Positions 56,596 through 64,000 of a stretch of 64,000 nt of DNA are shown here, piece after piece. Below the pieces are notes generated by a model. That model saw nothing but the letters and a program-made list of their open reading frames with translations, made no database searches and was not told the DNA's origin. Origin of the DNA: an uncultured Methanosarcinaceae archaeon (GTDB taxonomy: Archaea > Halobacteriota > Methanosarcinia > Methanosarcinales > Methanosarcinaceae); assembly GCA_963733675.1 (NCBI GenBank), contig CAVTET010000001.1, positions 640,001-704,000 on the forward strand. Direction: 5' to 3'. Position 1 is the stretch's first letter, and each line of letters opens with the position of its first letter. A program made the position numbers and the translations under genes.

Positions 56596-57447
56596 ATGAA
56601 CGAAACTAAATGTTATAAAGCAAGTAGAAAGCATACAATCATAACGATTTTAGGAATTACTGCACTGGCACTTTTAATTCTGGTGGGTATAGCAGGCGCA
56701 GCACAATCTTCAAATGTTTGGTTCCATAAAGGAAGCGAGCTAATGAGCTCAGAAAAGTACGATGAAGCCATAAAAGCGTATGACAAAGCAATTGGAATTA
56801 ACCCACAGAATCCAGACGCTTGGTACAATAAAGGGCTTGCTCTAGCTAAATTGGGCGAGTTAGATGAAGCAGTAAAAGCATATGACAAAGCAATTGAAAT
56901 TAACCCGCAGGATTCAAAAGCTTGGTACAAAAAAGGGAACATTCTAAGCAGATTAGGCAAATACGATGAAGCCATAGAAGCATATGAGAAATCAATTGAA
57001 ATACATCCGCAAAATTCAAATGCCTGGAACAATAAAGGAGCAACTTTAGCTAAATTCGGCAAGTTAGATGAAGCAGTAAAAGCATATGACAAAGCAATTG
57101 AACTTAACTCAACGGATTCAGAGGCTTGGGATGGTAAAGGCGTAGCTTTAGGGAACTTAGGCATATACAATGAAGCAATAAAAGCATATGACAAGGCAAT
57201 TGAAATTAACCCGAGGGATTCAGATACTTGGTACAATAAAGCAGTTACTCTAAATAAATTAAATAAAACCGATGAAGCAATAAAAGCATATGATAAAGTA
57301 ATTGAAATTAACCCGAAGAATCCAGATGCTTGGTACAATAAAGGACTTGCTTTAGCAAAATTAAAAAAGTTCGATGAAGCAATAGGAGCATTTATTAAAG
57401 CAACTGAAATTAACCCGCACATCAAAAGCTTGGCACAAAAAAATTAA
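56596..57447 (+). CDS. Secreted TPR protein, seven 34-aa repeats
   Basis: Signal ending IAGA; seven AWYNKG.AL..L.K.DEAIKAYDKAIEINP units with a 102-bp DNA period. Confidence 0.9.
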   Translation: MNETKCYKASRKHTIITILGITALALLILVGIAGAAQSSNVWFHKGSELMSSEKYDEAIKAYDKAIGINPQNPDAWYNKGLALAKLGELDEAVKAYDKAIEINPQDSKAWYKKGNILSRLGKYDEAIEAYEKSIEIHPQNSNAWNNKGATLAKFGKLDEAVKAYDKAIELNSTDSEAWDGKGVALGNLGIYNEAIKAYDKAIEINPRDSDTWYNKAVTLNKLNKTDEAIKAYDKVIEINPKNPDAWYNKGLALAKLKKFDEAIGAFIKATEINPHIKSLAQKN

Positions 57448-58079
57448 CTTATATAAATAGAATAAATATGATAAAAGACAATTGGTAAGATAAAGGAATT
57501 TAATCCAAATAGATTAAATAAAACCGATTTGTAGGTTGAATAGTTGCTTAATTTTCATTTATATTTTATCCTTTGCGAGATAAATTTAGCAACTTTTTGG
57601 ATTTTACCGTAACACATGTTTTAATTAAGACTATTTATTTCTGCACAATCAGGTAAAAATGTCCTATTATTTTGGCTGAGAAATGAGGAAATAGGTAGGT
57701 TTTTTCATAAAACTATGTATGCATCAATATTTTATTAATCACTATTTTATCAAATGAGGAAAAGGGAATTATGAGGTCTCAAAATCTTCATAATGGTTTT
57801 AAACTTGGAAATGAAACATAGAAAATACAAAAAAGAAATAAATCAAAAATTATTCCATATCTTTCAATCTTTTTGTGACCATAGAATTTCGAGCGTATTA
57901 AACGTAAATAAAAAAATACCCTTTTATTCAATAAGTCCCTTAAACTGTTAGTTTGTCAATAGTCCTCTAAAGTTATCGTCTTTTTTGCGATTTCTTTACA
58001 CGATGAGTCAAGCCAGATGACTTTTTTTAATTGAGAATTGAGCTAACCTTTAGTGATGAGAGAATAAAAAATTACACTA

Positions 58080-58200
58080 TTAATACCAAGCATCTGAATG
58101 TTATGATCCATTTAAATTGATTTGTCATATACTTGTATTGCTTTATCCGATTTATTTAAATCATCCAGAGCAGCCCCTTTATTACTCCAAACTATTGAAG
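58080..58200 (-). pseudogene. TPR relic
   Basis: Minus strand reads WSNK, then GAALDDLNKSDKAIQVYDKSI*, then SDAWY, across frameshifts. Confidence 0.5.
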
Positions 58201-58812
58201 TTTCATGCCTGAAAATAAACTCTCGCAGGTGGTTCTTTATATTGGAGCTCTCACCATAAAAATTAACATCTCCAAAAAATTAGATGAAGGTATTTATCAC
58301 CAAATGTATGTATAGATCTGTTAATCATAAATATAAAGTTGAAAGAAATAAAGTACGGGAAAAAACGGAAAGAAAAGGGAGATAATTTCTTCTACTACTT
58401 TTTTCATGCTTTATAAAGTTATACAACGCTAGATGAATTAAATATGAATATCACATTCAAGAATATCTATGTTTATTATAATTGTAAATAATCAATGGGG
58501 TACTAGAATAATAGCATAAAGGCATGTCTCAAATAACTCCGATCTACCTACTGAGACGATATGAATTCCCACGATCATACCTCAGATTTAGAAAATTTAT
58601 ATGAGAATATCACATAAGCAACTAGGAAAAGTATAGAAAGAGACAAGTAGCATATGAGGGTGACAAAACTTCAGATGATATTAGTATGGACTTTGGACAG
58701 AGGTTTGAGATTAAATACGTATTTGTAAACTTTATTGAAAAATGTCTCCGGAAAAAGAAATTTGCACAATAGTTTCATATTACGCAAGCTCTTAATTTCA
58801 TAGGGTGTTCTG

Positions 58813-60012
58813 ATGATAGAAAAGCGCTTTGTTTATATGGACCACGCAGCCACAACTTTCACAAAACCTGAGGTGGCTGAGTCTATGCTACCTTTTTTGA
58901 AAGAACGTTTTGGAAACCCTTCTTCAATGTATTCAATAGGTAGAGAGGGCAAAGAAGCAGTTGAAAAAGCCCGTGAGCAGCTTGCAAAAGCCCTCGGGGC
59001 TAAACCTGAAGAAATATATTTCACTTCAGGAGGAACCGAATCCGATAATTGGGTTATTAAGGGAACTGCCTTTTGCAGGCGAAAGAAAGGGAAGCATATA
59101 ATAACTACTGCAATAGAACATCATGCAATTCTTCATCCCTGTGAGTATTTGGCAACACAGGGTTTTGAAGTGACCTACCTACCAGTGGATAACTATGGGA
59201 TTGTCGACCCTGAAAAGGTGAGAGCTGCAATCAGGGAGGATACTATCCTTATCTCGGTCATGTATGCAAATAATGAAATTGGAACCATAGAACCAATTCA
59301 AGAAATAGGTGCGATTGCAAAGGAGCATGACATTTTATTCCATAACGATGCCGTGCAGGTAATTGGGACTGTACCCCTTGAGATGAAACATAAGCACAAA
59401 AACGTGGACCTGCTCTCGTTATCCTCTCATAAGTTCTACGGGCCAAAAGGAATTGGAGCCCTTTATCTCAGAGAAGGGACTGAGATAGATAATCACATCC
59501 ATGGAGGTGGACAGGAGCGAGGAAAGAGAGCAGGGACTGAGAATGTAGCAGGCATAGTAGGGATGGGAAAGGCAATCGAACTTGCAACTACAAATATTGA
59601 AGATCACAATGAAAAGATTAAAAAAATGAGGGGTCGTCTGTTGTCTGGAATCCTGGATATTTCCAGCTGCAGGTTGAACGGGCATCCGGAAAAACGTCTT
59701 CCTGGAAACCTTAACTTCAGTTTTGAATACATTGAAGGGGAAGCCTTGCTTCTTATGCTTGATGAGATGGGCATCTGCAGTTCCACAGGCAGTGCCTGTT
59801 CTTCCGGATCTCTTGAACCATCACACGTGTTAAGTGCAATAGGTTTGTCACCGAAAATAGCTCAGGGATCTCTACGCCTAACGCTGGGGGATGCAAACTC
59901 GGAGGAAGATATCGATTATGTTCTCAAAATACTGCCTGAAACTGTAGGGAAGCTTAGAGCCATGTCTCCGTTCTATAAACCTACAAATATGTGCAATAGT
60001 TCCGATGTTTAG
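58813..60012 (+). CDS. iscS: Cysteine desulfurase (IscS/NifS class I)
   Basis: YMDHAAT, FGNPSS, TSGGTES, EHHA, DAVQ, SSHKFYGPKG (PLP Lys), STGSACSSG (persulfide Cys). Confidence 0.95.
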   Translation: MIEKRFVYMDHAATTFTKPEVAESMLPFLKERFGNPSSMYSIGREGKEAVEKAREQLAKALGAKPEEIYFTSGGTESDNWVIKGTAFCRRKKGKHIITTAIEHHAILHPCEYLATQGFEVTYLPVDNYGIVDPEKVRAAIREDTILISVMYANNEIGTIEPIQEIGAIAKEHDILFHNDAVQVIGTVPLEMKHKHKNVDLLSLSSHKFYGPKGIGALYLREGTEIDNHIHGGGQERGKRAGTENVAGIVGMGKAIELATTNIEDHNEKIKKMRGRLLSGILDISSCRLNGHPEKRLPGNLNFSFEYIEGEALLLMLDEMGICSSTGSACSSGSLEPSHVLSAIGLSPKIAQGSLRLTLGDANSEEDIDYVLKILPETVGKLRAMSPFYKPTNMCNSSDV

Positions 60013-60462
60013 TAGTTATGAATGGATACTCTTATTAGGTTACAATTTTTGTTCTCAATACCCCATAAAAATCAAGTCACAAATTTATAATTCCATTTTT
60101 TGTAGTAATCTCTAGAAAATTCAATATTGTAGAGTTATGATGTAAAAATTATGCATCTTCTACATTGAACTATTTTGTAATTTTTATGACATTATAAGAA
60201 TTTGATAAGTTCCTAAATTTCGTCATATACGTATAACTGGTCTAATAAAAAACTCGTGAAAGTTAATAATTTATCGAAACCATCTATGTTCATTTGCGGA
60301 TAAATACTAAATAGTAAGTTGGAGAATTCTCATCGAATTCCAGAGAAGTTATATTTATTTCAAAATTGGTAACTCTAAAAATCAATAATCTCTACGAAAT
60401 TCAATCCCTGGATAACTATTCTTGAGATTAATCTGCACTTTATCCTGTGGAGGAGATATTAT

Positions 60463-61512
60463 ATGGCCTGGATAGGACCGGAAGTAACCAAAAAACCCCA
60501 AAAACCGATGTTTTTATGCGTGCTTTCAAATACTAAAACCGCGCATATCCCGAAGATTTCGGCCGCAGGGAATACGGCTGAACTTACAGACTTTACACCT
60601 GCAGGTGATGCAGAACTTATAGAAACTGGAGACATTATAAGTGTACCAGTGCTTCCTATGACTCCTCCTTATGGCACTCCTACCCCCGCAATTATAACTC
60701 GTTCGGCATTGGAGCTTACAGACGTTCCATACAATTTCATTAATTCTGGCCTCATTGTAACTCCCTATGTCCCATGCATAGACATGAAAGCGAAACCCGG
60801 AGAAGATATACGGGAGCAGATTGCAGTAAGGGATGTACAACAAATTTTTGAAAGGGCAAAATTCCTATCCAGAAGACTTCGAAATCAGGTAGATTATGTA
60901 ATTATCGGAGAAAGTATCCCAGGGGGCACAACAACTGCAATGGGAGTTCTAATGGCTTTAGGCTATAAAGGAAATGTTAGCAGTAGCTCAAATGAAAACC
61001 CCATTGAGATCAAGAAACAGGTTGTTGAGAAAGGTATGAAAGCATCAGGTCTTATATTTGGCTGTCTGAAAAACGATCCCATGAAAGCTATTGAATGTAT
61101 GGGAGATCCAATGATGCCTGCTGTCATCGGCCTTGTAGCAGGCTTTCAAAGTACAGAAATAAGTATTATCCTTGCTGGTGGAACTCAAATGGCGGCAGTT
61201 TACGCCTTGATAAAACACTTGGGATTTAATACTGAAAAACTTGCAATCGCTACTACCCGTTACGTAGTAGAAGATAAATCCGCAAATTTTATTGAACTTA
61301 CCAGAATTCTTGGTGTACCTATGGTTTATGTCGCTGATCCAGGTTTTGGGAAATCCTCATTAAAGGGGCTTCAAAGGTATGAGACAGGCACAATCAAGGA
61401 AGGTGCAGGTGCCGGTGGTGCCATGCATCTTGCAGGCTTATATGGGATCTCCCAAGATGATTTCAGAGCTGAAGTCGAAAATATCTGCATATTACTCAAA
61501 ACTGGACATTAA
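60463..61512 (+). CDS. cobT: Archaeal nicotinate-mononucleotide-dependent phosphoribosyltransferase (TIGR00303)
   Basis: [47 protein letters not shown]; GGAGG RBS. Confidence 0.9.
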   Translation: MAWIGPEVTKKPQKPMFLCVLSNTKTAHIPKISAAGNTAELTDFTPAGDAELIETGDIISVPVLPMTPPYGTPTPAIITRSALELTDVPYNFINSGLIVTPYVPCIDMKAKPGEDIREQIAVRDVQQIFERAKFLSRRLRNQVDYVIIGESIPGGTTTAMGVLMALGYKGNVSSSSNENPIEIKKQVVEKGMKASGLIFGCLKNDPMKAIECMGDPMMPAVIGLVAGFQSTEISIILAGGTQMAAVYALIKHLGFNTEKLAIATTRYVVEDKSANFIELTRILGVPMVYVADPGFGKSSLKGLQRYETGTIKEGAGAGGAMHLAGLYGISQDDFRAEVENICILLKTGH

Positions 61513-61862
61513 AAAAGAAAAACTAATTTTAGATCGATTTTTATGAATGAATTAATTTTTTTGAGAATATATGTGCATATAATTATCATTCTTGGAGGAT
61601 TTCGATAAACTCCATATTTCGTAATATGCTTACAAATGGCGCATAATTGACTCGTAGAAATTAGAAGTTTATAGAAATCATCCATAATGATTTTATTGAA
61701 GTCACATTTTCCTTGCCGTTTTCCAACAAAAAAGAAGTAATGAGCCGATGACTTAAAAACGAAGGAAGAACAAAAAGAACTGAGCTTTAAGGAAAATTTA
61801 AGGAGAGTTGGAGTAAATTAACGGAATACTGAGGAGCCTACTGCTTAGATTCGGGTGAAAAT

Positions 61863-63764
61863 ATGGAAAAATATGATTATAATGAACTTGGACTGAAAGC
61901 CGGGCTTGAAATTCACCAACAGATTGATTCAAAGGAGAAACTCTTTTGCAGATGTCCCAGTATGATAAAATATGTCGGGGATTCGGATTTCGAGTTTTTC
62001 AGATATCTCAGAGCTACAGAAAGCGAGATGGGAGAAAAGGACAGAGCCGCTGTAGAGCAGACCAAAATAAGGAGAAAGTTCATCTATAAAGCTTATGACA
62101 CGACCTGTCTCATAGAAAACGATGAAGAGCCTCCGAGGGAACTCAATAAGGAAGCCCTGGATATTTCCCTTGAGGTTGCAAAGCTTTTCCATATGAAGCC
62201 TGTAGACCAGATGCATGTCATGAGGAAAATCGTGGTGGATGGATCAAATACTAGCGGTTTTCAGAGGACCGCTTTTCTGGCAAACAATGGGTATATAGAA
62301 ACATCGGAAGGTCTCTGTGGAATTGAAAGTCTATGCATAGAAGAGGAAGCTGCCCAGAAAATAGAGGAAATAGAGGACTCAATCGTATATTCCCTAGACA
62401 GGTTGGGAATTCCACTGGTGGAAATTGCAACTGCGCCGGATATCAAGTCCCCTAGCCATGCAAGACAAGTTGCAGAGCAGATTGGAATGATTCTCAGATC
62501 AACTGGAAAAGTAAAGAGAGGGCTGGGCACAATCAGGCAAGATGTAAATATCTCAATTGCAAAAGGCGCAAGAGTAGAAATAAAAGGAGTACAATCTCTT
62601 GATCTCATAGAAGATATCATTCGCAGAGAAGTTGAAAGACAGCTGAACCTTCTTTTAATCCGGCAGGAACTCCTGGAAAGAAAGGCCTTTGTCTGTGAGG
62701 AGATATATGATGTAACAGAGCTGTTCATAGACACAAAGGCTAAAGTCCTGCAAAAATTTGTTAAGAAAGGCGCCATTCTGGCTGCTCGCCTAAGAAAATT
62801 CAAGGGGTTAATAGGCAGAGAAGTTCAGCCTGGAAGAAGGCTCGGTACCGAACTTTCAGATAGGGCTAAAACTGCAGGAGTAGGAGGCATTTTTCACACT
62901 GATGAACTTCCTAATTATGAAATCACTGAAAAAGAAGTTTATACTGTAAGAAATACGATCTTTGCATGCAAAGATGACGTCATAATACTAGTTGCTGAAG
63001 AGTCCAAAAAAGCTAGGCTTGCAATTGAATCGGTTATTACAAGGGCAAGAGAAGTCATTGAAGGAATCCCAGAAGAAACCCGAAGAGCCCTTCCAGATGG
63101 AAACACTGCTTATATGCGTCCTCTTCCAGGCGCTGGAAGAATGTATCCTGAAACTGATGTTCCTCAAATAAAAATATCTCAGGAGTACTTCGATGCAATT
63201 GAGACCCCGGAACTTTTGACAGACAGAGCAAAACGTTTTGTTTCAGACAGCGGTCTGAATAAAGAGCTTGCAGAAAAAATAGCTTATTCAAGATATCTAC
63301 CCCTATTTGAAAATTTAATTGGAATCTACAGCAAAGACTCTAACGTAAATTCAACCATGATTGCCCGGACTCTTGTGGGAATAGTCCCGGAAATTAGGAG
63401 AAATGGTGTTGAGACAGATAAACTTAGAGACTATCATTTCAAAGGACTTTTTACAGCCATTTCAAAGCAGGAAATAGCTAAAGAAGCCATTCAGGATATT
63501 TTGACTGCCCTTGCAAAAGAACCTGAATTGACCACGCAGGAAGTTATCTCAAAGCTCGGACTCAGTATTTTTGATCCAGAAAAAGTTGAAAACTTCATCA
63601 AAAAAATGGTACGAGAAAAAGGAGATTTCATCAAGGATAAAGGCTCAGCAGCTCTTGGTCCCCTCATGGGTATTGTTATGAAGGAGTATAGGGGCACATT
63701 AGATGGGAAAATTCTTAGCCAAATGCTGAAAAAGGAGATAGATGCTTTTATTGACCAAGGATAA
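61863..63764 (+). CDS. gatE: Glu-tRNA(Gln) amidotransferase subunit E
   Basis: [67 protein letters not shown]. Confidence 0.97.
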   Translation: MEKYDYNELGLKAGLEIHQQIDSKEKLFCRCPSMIKYVGDSDFEFFRYLRATESEMGEKDRAAVEQTKIRRKFIYKAYDTTCLIENDEEPPRELNKEALDISLEVAKLFHMKPVDQMHVMRKIVVDGSNTSGFQRTAFLANNGYIETSEGLCGIESLCIEEEAAQKIEEIEDSIVYSLDRLGIPLVEIATAPDIKSPSHARQVAEQIGMILRSTGKVKRGLGTIRQDVNISIAKGARVEIKGVQSLDLIEDIIRREVERQLNLLLIRQELLERKAFVCEEIYDVTELFIDTKAKVLQKFVKKGAILAARLRKFKGLIGREVQPGRRLGTELSDRAKTAGVGGIFHTDELPNYEITEKEVYTVRNTIFACKDDVIILVAEESKKARLAIESVITRAREVIEGIPEETRRALPDGNTAYMRPLPGAGRMYPETDVPQIKISQEYFDAIETPELLTDRAKRFVSDSGLNKELAEKIAYSRYLPLFENLIGIYSKDSNVNSTMIARTLVGIVPEIRRNGVETDKLRDYHFKGLFTAISKQEIAKEAIQDILTALAKEPELTTQEVISKLGLSIFDPEKVENFIKKMVREKGDFIKDKGSAALGPLMGIVMKEYRGTLDGKILSQMLKKEIDAFIDQG

Positions 63765-64000
63765 AACTCTGCCCGATTGATCTCACTTGGAAAGAAAGTA
63801 CATAACCAACTGGTCCATCACCTACGGATCAAAGGTAACAATGTTGCTTCTAATGCAGGTTGCTTAGGCAGCAGCAAGAAAAAAAAGCAAGTTAAGATCA
63901 TTTTTATAAATCTGAAGAAGAAATCAATTGGGTATGAAAAAGCAATTATTACTTTGACAAGGAAAATTACCACAATTATATTGCACCTGATTGCAAAAGA

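Noticed and set aside
56613-57425. 270-aa antisense ORF
   Set aside because: Mirror of the TPR gene. The same applies to antisense ORFs over adh, YVTN, ecfA, the PIN-ATPase, iscS, cobT and gatE.
56596-57447. Regular 102-bp repeats (and ~126-bp repeats at 19.9-20.7 kb) as a possible CRISPR array
   Set aside because: They are in-frame TPR and YVTN coding repeats with no repeat-spacer structure and no cas genes.

Overview
Archaeal chromosome segment that reads as Methanosarcina (gatE, archaeal cobT, PIN-ATPase next to hisI, aIF-1A, tRNA-Arg, NosD/PKD/PGF-pre-PGF and YVTN surface proteins). The genus call is inferred from gene families, not from a search. Housekeeping genes are separated by long AT-rich spacers full of decayed genes. 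An IS6-family element (TIR GGTTCCGTTGCAAAAA) is present as 4 full-length and 2 partial copies, alongside a ~150-bp non-autonomous MITE with the same ends; none has a target duplication and several truncate neighbouring genes. The best candidate for an undescribed system is a tightly coupled three-gene cassette at 33.5-35.1 kb (internally duplicated small protein, DUF4325 STAS-like protein, PIN nuclease) that lacks the usual ATPase/kinase partner and lies between two different MITEs. Also notable: an orphan terminase-small-subunit-like gene, a secreted His7/Met-pentapeptide protein, a nonsense codon in ecfT of the biotin ECF locus, and iscS without iscU. No CRISPR array or rRNA was seen.
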